Positions 8,246-17,995 of a stretch of DNA of 56,445 nucleotides are shown here, piece by piece. Position 1 is the stretch's first letter. Every line of letters begins with the position of its first letter. The stretch is from an uncultured Desulfobacula sp. (GTDB lineage: Bacteria; Desulfobacterota; Desulfobacteria; Desulfobacterales; Desulfobacteraceae): contig CAZAHK010000001.1 of the NCBI GenBank assembly GCA_964484555.1, positions 1 to 56,445 of the forward strand, given 5' to 3'. The translations under genes and the position numbers were made by a program. The notes below the pieces were generated by a model. The model was not told where the DNA came from, did not search any database, and saw only the letters and a program-made list of their open reading frames with translations.

Positions 8246-9598
8246 TTATTGATCACCATCTATATTTTTAATGATTACCCTGAGCTTGGACCGGCTTAAC
8301 CCCAAAAGCTTTGCCGCCGTTGTCTGGTTGTTGCCGGCTGCCTGCAGGGCCTGTCTGACCAGACTGAACTGGACCTGGTGGAGCGGAACCCCTCCGGGTG
8401 GCAGCTTGACAACCTCGGGACTGCTCGCTGCCGGTGCAGCGGGCTTTAAAAAGGAAATCGTATCCGAGGTAATTTTTTTTGTATCCCGTGTTAAAATCAG
8501 GCATCGTTCAATCACATTGGCCAGTTCACGTACATTTCCCGGCCATGGATATTCTTTAAGCCTCTTACTGGCATCATCGCTGATGACATGCTCTTTTCCA
8601 AAGGGGAAGGTTTTGATCAGATACTCGGCCAAAGGAACGATATCCTCATTTCTTTCCCGAAGGGGCGGTATCAGAATAGGAAATACATTGATCCGGTAAA
8701 AAAGATCCTGACGGAATTTGTTCTCCTGGACCATGGTTTCCAGATTTCTGTTGGTGGCACAGATCACCCTGACATCCACAGGGATTTCTTCATTGCCGCC
8801 CACCCGCTGAAACTTTTTTTCCTGAAGGGCCCGGAGGAGCTTTCCCTGGGAATCCAGGGGCAGGTCTCCGATTTCATCCAGAAACAGGGTACCGCCGGTG
8901 GCATATTCAAATTTGCCTCTTCTTCGGGATTCAGCACCGGTGAATGAGCCTTTTTCATATCCGAATAATTCAGATTCCACCAGGTTCGATGAAATGGCAG
9001 CGCAATTGACCGGCACAAACCGCTTGCTGCTCCTGGTACTCTGAGAATGGATCTGTCTTGCGATCAGCTCTTTGCCGGTACCGGATTCTCCGAGTATCAG
9101 GACGGCAGAATCTACAGAAGCCACATTTTTCACCAGGTTCACAATATCGCTCATGCAGCTCGATCTGTAGATCAACTGCCGGTGTCCCTGAGTTTCCTCA
9201 AGTTCCAGTTTCATTTCACGATTCTCGGTTACCAGACGGGAAAAATTCAAGGCCCGTTCCACCGTGATCCAGATTTTTGATTCATCAAAGGGTTTGGTGA
9301 CATAATCGGCTGCGCCCTGGCGCATCATCTCAACGGCGGAATCAATGGTCGCAAAGGCAGTGATGAACACAACAGGCGTAACCATATCCTGTTGTCTCAT
9401 CCTGGTTATCAGTTCCCTTCCATCCATTTCCGGCATCTTGATATCGGAGATCACAAGGTCATATGCAGAAAGGGAAAGCTTTTTCAAGGCGTCCTTTCCA
9501 TCGGTTGCCTGATCAATCCGGTATCCTTTTCTTTCCAGCATCATTGAAAGAAGGATTCTCATTTTGGGTTCATCATCGACAATAAGTATATGGGCCAT
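8246..9598 (-). CDS. NtrC-family sigma-54-dependent response regulator (REC-AAA+-Fis HTH)
   Basis: ILIVDDE, DIKMP, GESGTGKE, GSFTGA loop, LFLDEIG, WPGNVREL, NQTTAAKLLGLSR. Confidence 0.96.
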   Translation of the reverse strand: MAHILIVDDEPKMRILLSMMLERKGYRIDQATDGKDALKKLSLSAYDLVISDIKMPEMDGRELITRMRQQDMVTPVVFITAFATIDSAVEMMRQGAADYVTKPFDESKIWITVERALNFSRLVTENREMKLELEETQGHRQLIYRSSCMSDIVNLVKNVASVDSAVLILGESGTGKELIARQIHSQSTRSSKRFVPVNCAAISSNLVESELFGYEKGSFTGAESRRRGKFEYATGGTLFLDEIGDLPLDSQGKLLRALQEKKFQRVGGNEEIPVDVRVICATNRNLETMVQENKFRQDLFYRINVFPILIPPLRERNEDIVPLAEYLIKTFPFGKEHVISDDASKRLKEYPWPGNVRELANVIERCLILTRDTKKITSDTISFLKPAAPAASSPEVVKLPPGGVPLHQVQFSLVRQALQAAGNNQTTAAKLLGLSRSKLRVIIKNIDGDQ

Positions 9599-11019
9599 TA
9601 TTCCAAACTTCCTTGAATGTCATCATCTTTAAAATTTGAAAACAGGGTCACACAAAACAAGGCGCCGCCTTCAGGTCTGTTTTGAGCCACAATATCTCCA
9701 CCATGGGCCTTGACCACCTGGTCTGCGAACGCAAGTCCAAGACCTGTCCCCTTGGCCTTGGTGGTAAAAAACGGTTCAAAAATTTTCTTCAACTGGTCCG
9801 TTGGAATTCCCATGCCCTGATCTTTAACATAAAGCTGCCATTTTTTCTTCCTGCATTCAACTGAAATATCGATTAATCCTTTCCCCTGGTTTGCCTCACA
9901 GGCATTCATGATGATATTGGTCATCCCCCGGGAAAAGAGATCAAAATCAGCATCGGCATAAAAGGGCTCCTCGGGAATAGAAGATCTGATTTCAAGCAAA
10001 CCGGACTGGTATTGTATTTCAAAACCTGTAACCACCTGATACATGAGCCGGTTGAGATCGATCTTGGAAAAATTCGGCCGGGCCGGTCTTGCAAACATTA
10101 AAAAACTTTCAATCAGGTCGTTCAGCCTGATAATTTCTTCTTCCGCAAATGTCAGGGCAATATTCTCAGCCGGAATATTCAATTCTCTCTTCAGAATTTC
10201 AAGAGAACTTTTAATAATCCCCAGGGGATTTTTCACTTCATGGGCGATCATCATGGAAAATTTCCCCACTTCCACCAGGGTCTCCTGCTTTGCCATTTTT
10301 TCATAGGCCTGAACAATGGTTTTTCTCCCTAAAGCAATGGAGTCCAGCATTTCGTTAAAGGCTTGGGCAAGCTTTATGGTTTCCGGCGTATTGCCTTCCG
10401 GGGCGCGGATGACATGATTGCCGAGAGATACTTTTTTTGCAATTCCGGCAAGTGAAATCACAGGGGCCACAAGGGACCTGGATATGATATAAAAAATGAA
10501 ACAGGAGATCAGAATCAGCACTGAGGCAATGATTAAAAACCGCTGCTTCATTTGTTTTGCCAGATTCTCAATCCCGCTTGTTGAATAGATCACCCGGACC
10601 TGGCCGATCCTGTCCCCATTCAGATTATCCGTGATCAGATTCATGGATGTCATCCCATCCTTTGCTTCCGATAACCGGACCCATTTTTGGGAAGTCACAA
10701 AGGGCCCCGGGATATCCCGGGTTTCCCGGATGAGTTCCCGGCCCCGGCCATCTTCAATGACCACTCCGGCAATATCCTCTTCTCCAAGCATATTTCGGGC
10801 AAGACCCCTTAAGAGCTTCTGTTCATCAATCAGTATCCCCAATTCGGAATTAAGGGCCAGGTACTGGGTCATGAAATCAATCCGCTGGCTGAACCGGGAC
10901 ATGACAAACTGGTTGATGATATTCACCCCCCAGTATCCCAACGTCATTGTTGATGCACTGATCAGAATGACGGCCGTGGACAGGACCCTTGCATGTATGC
11001 CGATATTATTAAAAATAAT
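9598..11019 (-). CDS. Membrane sensor histidine kinase (HAMP-HisKA-HATPase); start codon uncertain
   Basis: AHEVKNPL H-box, [23 protein letters not shown]. The frame stays open 24 codons upstream of ATG 10947 and there encodes the first half of TM1 ([19 protein letters not shown]). Confidence 0.92.
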   Translation of the reverse strand: MIFNNIGIHARVLSTAVILISASTMTLGYWGVNIINQFVMSRFSQRIDFMTQYLALNSELGILIDEQKLLRGLARNMLGEEDIAGVVIEDGRGRELIRETRDIPGPFVTSQKWVRLSEAKDGMTSMNLITDNLNGDRIGQVRVIYSTSGIENLAKQMKQRFLIIASVLILISCFIFYIISRSLVAPVISLAGIAKKVSLGNHVIRAPEGNTPETIKLAQAFNEMLDSIALGRKTIVQAYEKMAKQETLVEVGKFSMMIAHEVKNPLGIIKSSLEILKRELNIPAENIALTFAEEEIIRLNDLIESFLMFARPARPNFSKIDLNRLMYQVVTGFEIQYQSGLLEIRSSIPEEPFYADADFDLFSRGMTNIIMNACEANQGKGLIDISVECRKKKWQLYVKDQGMGIPTDQLKKIFEPFFTTKAKGTGLGLAFADQVVKAHGGDIVAQNRPEGGALFCVTLFSNFKDDDIQGSLE

Positions 11020-11925
11020 TCACTCCCTTATTTTAATACCGATTTTTTCTATCATTTTCAAATTCATGAGAGTTTGAAATTCCGGGGGTTCCTGAATGCA
11101 GATCCCATTTTGAACATATGTGTCAATTTTCCGGGCAGCCTGAACCCCCAGAATTTTATAATCAAAATCAAAAGAAAAAAATGCGCCGGTCCGGATAAAA
11201 AAAGAATTATACCCTATCACTCCCTTTGAATTATAAAGGGCAAGCTTAATAATATGTTCGATGATTCGTTCAGAAATAACCGTCTGGTCCGGGATCATCC
11301 AGACACAATCCAGATTCTGCCAGTTCTGGGCCAGCACTTCTGTAATCTGGGCTCTGGATTCAACTCTAAGGGGGATAATGGAGATGCCGTATGGCCTTGA
11401 TGCTGTTTCGGCGGCCTTATAAAACCAGTCATTGATCCGGGCGTCAAAAAGCAATCCGATTCTCTTAACATTGACAAATGCGTTTGAGATCTCCTGAACC
11501 TGCCTTTCAACAGGAATTCGAAGTGAAACACCGCATTGAGAACTCCCTGTTTCCAGCAGAGCTTCAGGATCAAGGACCGCGGTAAACACCTTTGACCGAT
11601 CTGTTTTCAATGACCATACCAGTTTTGCAGCTTCAGGTCCAACGGCGGCATATAAAGCAAACCCGGTATTTTCAAGCTGGGTTGTAATGTGTTGATGATC
11701 CGGCGGGTCTGACTCGGGAAGAAAAAAAATTTCAAATTTCTTTTCCTTTTTCCCCAGTTCCTCGGTCATCCCTTCTATGATGCTCACATAGGGTTTGATC
11801 CGTTTCGATACAACAATTGCAATCTGTGGGACTTCTTCGGAAAAAGAAATGCCCGGAAATGAAATCAAATGTCCTGAAATAAAAATGACGGCAAAAAGAA
11901 AAATCTTATAATTCCGGATATTCAT
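11020..11925 (-). CDS. Periplasmic ABC-type substrate-binding-like protein, with no permease or ATPase nearby
   Basis: Signal peptide; AAVGPEAA, VFTAVLDP, GVSLRIP, KRIGLLFD, WMIPDQTV, LGVQAA and LMNLKMIEKIGI are typical of the ABC_sub_bind family. Confidence 0.8.
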   Translation of the reverse strand: MNIRNYKIFLFAVIFISGHLISFPGISFSEEVPQIAIVVSKRIKPYVSIIEGMTEELGKKEKKFEIFFLPESDPPDHQHITTQLENTGFALYAAVGPEAAKLVWSLKTDRSKVFTAVLDPEALLETGSSQCGVSLRIPVERQVQEISNAFVNVKRIGLLFDARINDWFYKAAETASRPYGISIIPLRVESRAQITEVLAQNWQNLDCVWMIPDQTVISERIIEHIIKLALYNSKGVIGYNSFFIRTGAFFSFDFDYKILGVQAARKIDTYVQNGICIQEPPEFQTLMNLKMIEKIGIKIRE

Positions 11926-11968
11926 TTATCTTTCCGACACCATTCCCCATTCCGACCCTAATGGATAT

Positions 11969-11985
11969 GTAAAACCTGACGATTT
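11969..11985 (-). promoter_or_regulatory. Shared 17-bp motif, copy 1 (AAATCGTCAGGTTTTAC)
   Basis: 16/17 identical to 13761-13777; 43 nt upstream of the 11925 start. Confidence 0.5.
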
Positions 11986-12122
11986 CAAATCCTCTACACC
12001 TATCGCATCATTATTACAACAATGATCTTATAACTTTGTGTATAGCAGAACAATCAGACAAGATCAAACACCATCATGCACAGGGCAATTGCATGTAGAG
12101 AACATTCATCCGGAAGGGGGGA

Positions 12123-13079
12123 TTATCCGGAAAAAATAACAGTTATTTCAGCACGCCTTTCAAAGGCTTTTTGAGTTGACGGTTTTTTTGCTGCAAATCT
12201 GTATTCACCCGTGGACTCGATTTTGAAAATGGAGGGTTTCAAACCATAGGCAACGAGTTGATGAATAACATTGCTTGCCCTGTTGGCGCCCAATTCGAAA
12301 TTGGACGGATATTTTTTATTATGTATGGGAACCGTGTCTGTGTATCCATCTACAAAAATTTTGACATCATAGGGTTTGAGCAATTCAGCCAATTTCCGGA
12401 AAAAGGGTTTGTACTCGCCGGCAATGACGGCGCTGCCGGTGGGAAAAAGAATGGGCAGGATTGTTTCAAGGCGCAGGCAGGTGCCGGAGCCGGTAATTTC
12501 CACCCAGTCCTGCAATCCTGCCTTCTTTATAGCGGTTAGCAATTCGGTTCTGCTGACGCCTGTTTTGCCTTTTGGTGAAGAAATCTTTTTGGGCTGGGCA
12601 GCAGCCTCTTTTTTTTCAGGCGTATCCGTTTTTGATTCAAGGGCGGCTATTTTTTTATCCACAATACGTTCAAATGTACCGTCCTGTTTCGATTTTTCAA
12701 TGGCTGAATAATATTTTACAAGGGATTCAAGTCTTTTTTTAGTTCTTGTCAGCTCTTTAATTTTGTCTTCTTTATGACGGAGGGCTGTTTTCAGAGTCAT
12801 CTGAACTATCCGGCCCGAATCCCGGATCTGGTTTATTTTTAATATCATCCAGTCTGAATCGGCTTTCAGATCTTTAATCTGATCCTCAAGAACCTGAATT
12901 TCAATTTTATGTTCGTCTGTTTTATTCTTTAATTCATCTAAAGAATATGAATTCGTATCCAGCAGTTTTTCTTCCTGATATCCGGCTGACCAGCCTGATG
13001 CAGTAGAAAGAAAAAACAATGCCGATATGACCGGCATATATCTTCTGAATGCTTTGCACAGCAACACAGACCCCCCCAT
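12123..13079 (-). CDS. Exported coiled-coil protein with C-terminal OmpA/MotB peptidoglycan-binding domain
   Basis: Hydrophobic N-terminus, long coiled coil, LFPTGSA, VDGYTD, YPSNFELGANRA, RRAEI. Confidence 0.85.
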   Translation of the reverse strand: MGGSVLLCKAFRRYMPVISALFFLSTASGWSAGYQEEKLLDTNSYSLDELKNKTDEHKIEIQVLEDQIKDLKADSDWMILKINQIRDSGRIVQMTLKTALRHKEDKIKELTRTKKRLESLVKYYSAIEKSKQDGTFERIVDKKIAALESKTDTPEKKEAAAQPKKISSPKGKTGVSRTELLTAIKKAGLQDWVEITGSGTCLRLETILPILFPTGSAVIAGEYKPFFRKLAELLKPYDVKIFVDGYTDTVPIHNKKYPSNFELGANRASNVIHQLVAYGLKPSIFKIESTGEYRFAAKKPSTQKAFERRAEITVIFSG

Positions 13080-13147
13080 GGCATCCTCCCGAAATGGATC
13101 AATATGTTAAGACGTTAAAACAATGGCTCTCTTTTCCTGCTAAAAAA

Positions 13148-13675
13148 CTAGCTTGAGCCGCCGCCGTTGACGGCGCCTTCTGAAAAAGACGACTTTACAT
13201 CCTTTCCGATTCCAACGGGCCACCAGACCATCCCATCCCGTGTAAAATTAATTCTTAAACTCATTCTGGCCGTTGTAATCCCATATTCCGCCTGGGTAAT
13301 CTCCATGATTTCCGTTCCACGAAGCCAGGATTGAGTATGAACCTGGATGGTCTCCTGGTCAACGGAACCTCGGCCGGCTCTTAAAAAGGCATCTACATAA
13401 ACGCCTCGCAGTTTTTCAACCAGTTGCCGGTATCCGTCGGCCACAGCGGCTCTTTCCGCCATCAAAACAGCTTCCCCCTTTGAACGTGCATTTTCAGGTT
13501 CAAGCCCCTTGCCGATGACATAAAAGGTAACTACCTTCTGATTGTCCGCCTCTCCGTTCGGAGGGATCAATACCATTCCCGGCCCACCCACGGAGGAAGA
13601 CTGAAAGCTCCCACAAGCCAAGAACAACAGTGAGGAAACAAAAAATCCCGATATAATCAAGCCAATTTTTTTCAT
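13148..13675 (-). CDS. LPP20/FlgP-like lipoprotein
   Basis: Start MKKIG at 13675, lipobox FLAC, motif VIGKG...LMAERAAVADGYRQLVEKLRGVYV. Confidence 0.7.
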   Translation of the reverse strand: MKKIGLIISGFFVSSLLFLACGSFQSSSVGGPGMVLIPPNGEADNQKVVTFYVIGKGLEPENARSKGEAVLMAERAAVADGYRQLVEKLRGVYVDAFLRAGRGSVDQETIQVHTQSWLRGTEIMEITQAEYGITTARMSLRINFTRDGMVWWPVGIGKDVKSSFSEGAVNGGGSS

Positions 13676-13760
13676 CTTCCCTTCCCCTTTCAACTGATTA
13701 TGCCTAAATACCCTGTAAACCTTTTTGCATTGATTCCTCACAATTTTTTATGGTACTGAT

Positions 13761-13777
13761 AAATCGTCAGGATTTAC
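13761..13777 (+). promoter_or_regulatory. Shared 17-bp motif, copy 2 (AAATCGTCAGGATTTAC)
   Basis: In the divergent intergenic region, 37 nt upstream of the 13815 start. Confidence 0.5.
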
Positions 13778-13814
13778 TGTTAACTTTAACCCACGAAGAA
13801 CATATTCAAAAACC

Positions 13815-14357
13815 ATGCCTGCTGCTTTTAAACCCTGCTTCTTGTATCTGTGGCTTTTCACATTATCGGCCATATGGGTATTCATTCCTGCAACATACCC
13901 GGATGAAGGAATAATTACCTATTATATTAAATATGATATCAAGTCATCGAAAAACAAACTGGTTGATGACAATCTATTGATGGTCCCGTCAAAAAACGAT
14001 TTCCGGGCGGAAAAATTTTCTCAGATTCTTATTTCAGGAGTAATATCTGCCGAGCCCGGAGAATCAAACGAGTCTGCCCAACAGCGGATCAAAGCGAATG
14101 CCTTAAAAAATATACTCGTCAATAATGGATTAAAATCCGTAAAAACAAAGGATAATGATACGGTAATCAGCTATGAAGGTGTCATCATGACTCCTTTAAC
14201 CCTTAAAAAAAATACTTACCTTGAAGAACGAAACGAATACGTGTATGAAGTCAGGGTTGATTTCTGCCCCATTGCCTTTCCCGACAGATGGGAGACGCTG
14301 AATATGAAACATCGAATCAAAGGAATGGGTTATGATTTTTTTCAATTGTTCAAATGA
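13815..14357 (+). CDS. Hypothetical exported protein, weak FlgT-N/LPP20-like pattern
   Basis: N-terminal hydrophobic segment; G..AQQRIKANALKNIL..G..V...GVI...YVYEVRV pattern; ATGA overlap with the next gene. Confidence 0.55.
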   Translation: MPAAFKPCFLYLWLFTLSAIWVFIPATYPDEGIITYYIKYDIKSSKNKLVDDNLLMVPSKNDFRAEKFSQILISGVISAEPGESNESAQQRIKANALKNILVNNGLKSVKTKDNDTVISYEGVIMTPLTLKKNTYLEERNEYVYEVRVDFCPIAFPDRWETLNMKHRIKGMGYDFFQLFK

Positions 14358-15802
14358 ACGAAAGGATTGTATCAATGAATAAAACCCGGATTAAAAAAAT
14401 CAGAGAAACCTTGCTTAAAAAACAGCCGCTTGTGTTTGATGCGCTCGATAAAAAAGATCAGGACCAGATTTTTCAGTTCTGTGAAAAATACAAGGCTTTT
14501 TTAGACCGATCCAAGACCGAAAGAGAAGCTGCCCGTCAAATTATCGACGCTGCAAAGCAAAAAGGATTTGTGGATATTGATACGGTTTTGGAAAAAAAAC
14601 ACAAAAATATTAAAAAAGTTTATAAAGTTTTTCAGGGACGCTGCGTGGCCCTGGCCATTCCCGGAAAAAAACTGTCCGAGCGCGGCGCCAATATCATTGC
14701 CTCCCATATTGATTCTCCGAGATTGGACTTAAAGCAGAACCCCGTCTATGAAGACCTGAGCATGGGGTTGATGAAAACCCATTATTATGGCGGAATTCGA
14801 AAATATCATTGGCTGGCCCTACCCTTGGCCCTTCACGGAACCATGATCAAATCCAATAATGAAAGGGTTGATATTACCATTGGTGAACATCCCGATGACC
14901 CGGTCTTTACCATTACCGACCTTCTGCCCCATCTGGCAGGGAAAACCCAGTCCAGCAAAAATATTTCAGAAGTGTTTGAGGGAGAAAAATTAAACCTGGT
15001 CGTCGGAAGCCTTCCTTTGGGGGGGAAAGATGAAAAAGACCGATTTAAATTAGGGGTGCTAAACTGCTTATTCGATCAATTCGGTATCACGGAAGAGGAT
15101 TTTGTCAGTGCTGAAATAGAAGCTGTTCCCTCGGAAAAGGCAAGGGATGTCGGATTTGACCGCTCCTTGATCGGCGCCTATGGACAGGATGACCGGGTCT
15201 GTGCCTTTACAAGCCTTGAAGCTTTTCTGGATTCAGAGCCTTCTGAAAAAACAATCATGGCCCTTTTCTTTGACAAGGAAGAAATCGGCAGTGAGGGCAA
15301 CAGCGGTGCAAAATCCAATTTCCTGGAAGATTTCATGTCCGATCTTCTCCTTATCAGTGGCGAGGATACCGGCAACCGATCCCTCAGAAAGGCCTTGATT
15401 CATTCATCCTGCCTTTCGGCCGATGTGAATGCCGCCATGGACCCCGATTTCAAGGACGTTCACGAGGCCATGAATGCTGCAAAACTGGGATTCGGCATCT
15501 GCATGACCAAATTTACCGGCGTCGGCGGCAAATCCGGGGCCAGTGATGCCGGTTCTGAATTCGTCGGTAAAATCCGGCAGATTTTCAATCATCACCATAT
15601 TGTCTGGCAGACCGGCGAACTGGGGAAAATTGATCAGGGCGGCGGCGGCACTGTGGCTAAATTCCTGGCCAAATTCGGGATGAATGTCCTTGACTGCGGC
15701 CCTGCTCTTCTTTCCATGCACTCTCCCTTTGAAATATCCAGTAAAGCAGATGTGTACATGACCTATCTGGGGTATAAGGCCTTTTATAAAAATAATGACT
15801 AA
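14354..15802 (+). CDS. M18-family aminopeptidase
   Basis: SHIDSPRLDLKQNP, HYYGGI, GQDDR, DKEEIGS, SADV, MHSP. Confidence 0.93.
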   Translation: MNERIVSMNKTRIKKIRETLLKKQPLVFDALDKKDQDQIFQFCEKYKAFLDRSKTEREAARQIIDAAKQKGFVDIDTVLEKKHKNIKKVYKVFQGRCVALAIPGKKLSERGANIIASHIDSPRLDLKQNPVYEDLSMGLMKTHYYGGIRKYHWLALPLALHGTMIKSNNERVDITIGEHPDDPVFTITDLLPHLAGKTQSSKNISEVFEGEKLNLVVGSLPLGGKDEKDRFKLGVLNCLFDQFGITEEDFVSAEIEAVPSEKARDVGFDRSLIGAYGQDDRVCAFTSLEAFLDSEPSEKTIMALFFDKEEIGSEGNSGAKSNFLEDFMSDLLLISGEDTGNRSLRKALIHSSCLSADVNAAMDPDFKDVHEAMNAAKLGFGICMTKFTGVGGKSGASDAGSEFVGKIRQIFNHHHIVWQTGELGKIDQGGGGTVAKFLAKFGMNVLDCGPALLSMHSPFEISSKADVYMTYLGYKAFYKNND

Positions 15803-16991
15803 AAAAACACTCTTTCAAATGATTTCCGGGATATTGACCGGGTTCTTTTTCTTATCCATGACTCCCTGCATTCATGCCGGAGATATGAATGCAGGGATCA
15901 TTTTGGCGGATGACCAGGGCCGGGTGCTTTATGCTCAAAATAATGAAAAAAATTTTGTGCCGGCTTCGACATTAAAAATCCTGACCAGTCTTGCCGCCAT
16001 TCACATTCTGGGGGAAGCATATCATTTCCCCACGCATTATGATTATGATGCAGCATCAAAAAATCTCCATATTAAAGGATACGGGGATCCGTTATTGACT
16101 TCCGAAATTATCGAAGACTTGAGTCAAGACATCATTTTAAAGGCAAAGATAAGAGAGATCCACCATATCCTTATTGACTCGTCCTATTACGCAACCCCCA
16201 TTGATATTCCGGGCAAAGGTGATTCTTTAAACCCTTATGATGCACCGGTGGGGGCTCTATGTGTCAATTTCAACACCATTCATTTCCAATGGGATAAAGA
16301 CAAAAAATGCTTTATCAGTGGTGAGCCCGAGACCCCTTTGCTTGATTTTTTTCATGATGACATCAGAAAAACCAATTTAAGACAGGGACGAATCACCCTC
16401 TCACACGAGCAAAGCGATTTATATCCAGGATTATTGCTGAAACATTTTCTTGAAAAAACAATACCCGTCACAGGCTCGGTCCGGGTCGAAACGGCTGCCT
16501 TAAAAAATACTGACCCCCATATCTTCCAGTCTCCCCATGAATTAAAGGCAATCGTTCAAAGCCTGCTGAAATACTCCAATAATTTCATTGCCAATCAGCT
16601 TTTATTGTCCATGGGCGCTAAACTCTTTGGAGAACCGGCAACACTTGAGAAAGGGGTCCGGGCGGTTCAGGATTTCTCACGCCGGAACTTGGGCCTGACA
16701 GCTCTCACCATCGATGAAGGTTCCGGACTTTCAAGGGGAAATAGAATTTCACCCCATGAAATGCTGAAAATATTAACCAAATTCAGGCCTTATCATGGAT
16801 TGCTGAAGCACGAAGAAAATGAATTCTTTAAAACAGGAACCTTGACCGGCGTCAGGACCCGTGCAGGGTATTTATCAGGAAAAAATGAGAGGCTTTATCC
16901 CTATATTATCATGGTAAACGAGGAAAACACCGGGTATGAATCTATTCTGACCCGTCTTAAAAACATGGTAAATAAACTGGAAGATAAATAA
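15795..16991 (+). CDS. dacB: D-Ala-D-Ala carboxypeptidase/endopeptidase (peptidase S13, PBP4)
   Basis: PASTLK (SxxK), SNN (SxN), KTGTL, GYGDP, EGSGLSR. Confidence 0.92.
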   Translation: MTKKTLFQMISGILTGFFFLSMTPCIHAGDMNAGIILADDQGRVLYAQNNEKNFVPASTLKILTSLAAIHILGEAYHFPTHYDYDAASKNLHIKGYGDPLLTSEIIEDLSQDIILKAKIREIHHILIDSSYYATPIDIPGKGDSLNPYDAPVGALCVNFNTIHFQWDKDKKCFISGEPETPLLDFFHDDIRKTNLRQGRITLSHEQSDLYPGLLLKHFLEKTIPVTGSVRVETAALKNTDPHIFQSPHELKAIVQSLLKYSNNFIANQLLLSMGAKLFGEPATLEKGVRAVQDFSRRNLGLTALTIDEGSGLSRGNRISPHEMLKILTKFRPYHGLLKHEENEFFKTGTLTGVRTRAGYLSGKNERLYPYIIMVNEENTGYESILTRLKNMVNKLEDK

Positions 16992-16994
16992 CGA

Positions 16995-17774
16995 TCAGGA
17001 GACGGACCCTTTTTCGATGTATGCATATGCACTGTGATTATGAATGGATTCGAAATTTTCAGCGCTTACGGAAAACCAGGTGATATTTTTATCCGCCATC
17101 AGCGCCTGGGCCACGTCCCTTGTAATGTCTTCAACAAATTTGGGATTGTCATAGGCTTTTTCCGTAACATATTTTTCATCTTCCCTTTTCAGTACGGAAA
17201 AGATATCACAGGATGCCGAAGCCTCAACCAGTCCGACAATATCCTCAATCCAGATGAATTTCCTGAACCGGGTGCTGACCCGCACTTCGCCTCGCTGATT
17301 GTGGGCCCCATATTCACTGATTTCCTTTGAACAGGGGCAGACAGAGGTGACGGGAACCGCAACGATGAGAACAATGTCGGTATTTTTTGTTCCGTTGGAA
17401 GACCCGATGATGGAGCAATTATAATCCATCAGGCCCTTTGATCCTGTTTCAGGGGATTTTTTTTCGATAAAATAGGGAAATGAAATTTCAATATGGGAAG
17501 ATTTTGCCCCGAGAATTGTTTTCATATCCTCCAGGATATTGGTCAAAGATTCCAGGGATACCTTTGTTCTGACCAGATTCAGGATTTCAACAAATCTGCT
17601 CATATGGGTTCCCTTGCAATGATGGGGCAGATCCACATACATATTGATCTGGGCAACCGTCGATTGAAGACCTGTGGTTTTATCCAATACTTTTACAGGA
17701 TACTTCAATCCTTTGATCCCGACTTTGTCAATGGGAATATTCCTGAAATCCGGCTGGTTCTGGATATCTATCAT
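16995..17774 (-). CDS. folE2: GTP cyclohydrolase IB
   Basis: KGTHMSRF, CPCSKEIS, AHNQR, ESIHNHSA. Confidence 0.96.
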   Translation of the reverse strand: MIDIQNQPDFRNIPIDKVGIKGLKYPVKVLDKTTGLQSTVAQINMYVDLPHHCKGTHMSRFVEILNLVRTKVSLESLTNILEDMKTILGAKSSHIEISFPYFIEKKSPETGSKGLMDYNCSIIGSSNGTKNTDIVLIVAVPVTSVCPCSKEISEYGAHNQRGEVRVSTRFRKFIWIEDIVGLVEASASCDIFSVLKREDEKYVTEKAYDNPKFVEDITRDVAQALMADKNITWFSVSAENFESIHNHSAYAYIEKGSVS

Positions 17775-17995
17775 ATTTGTCTGTTCAGCAGATACTCCGG
17801 CACTATATTCCCCAGGGACCTGAATATATTGCCTTTGATGTCTTTGTTATGGTTATACAAATTTTCCAACATTTGCCTTATCTCAATCCGTTTTGTTCGA
17901 TCCGCGCTGGGGCAGTTATTCCTAAACTCAGGCAACCCAAGGGATTGAGCAAATTTCACAATATCTTTTTTTTCAGGCTGTTCTTCAATCAGCCT
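17771..17995 (-). pseudogene. 3' fragment of a TtcA-like tRNA 2-thiocytidine biosynthesis gene
   Basis: EKKDIVKFAQSLGLP...NNCPS...KRIEIRQMLENL...IKGNIFRSLGNI resembles the TtcA C-terminus; no PP-loop (SGGKDS) N-terminal part is present. Confidence 0.55.

Noticed and set aside
11000-11022. Selenocysteine readthrough of the in-frame TGA between binding protein and kinase
   Set aside because: Only a 6-bp AT hairpin follows, unlike a bacterial SECIS; no redox motif context; the binding protein ends at its normal family C-terminus
12075-12120. GCACAGGGCAA resembling the start of a c-di-GMP-I riboswitch
   Set aside because: No GAAA tetraloop, GACGCAAA segment or second stem, and it is on the strand opposite the flanking genes
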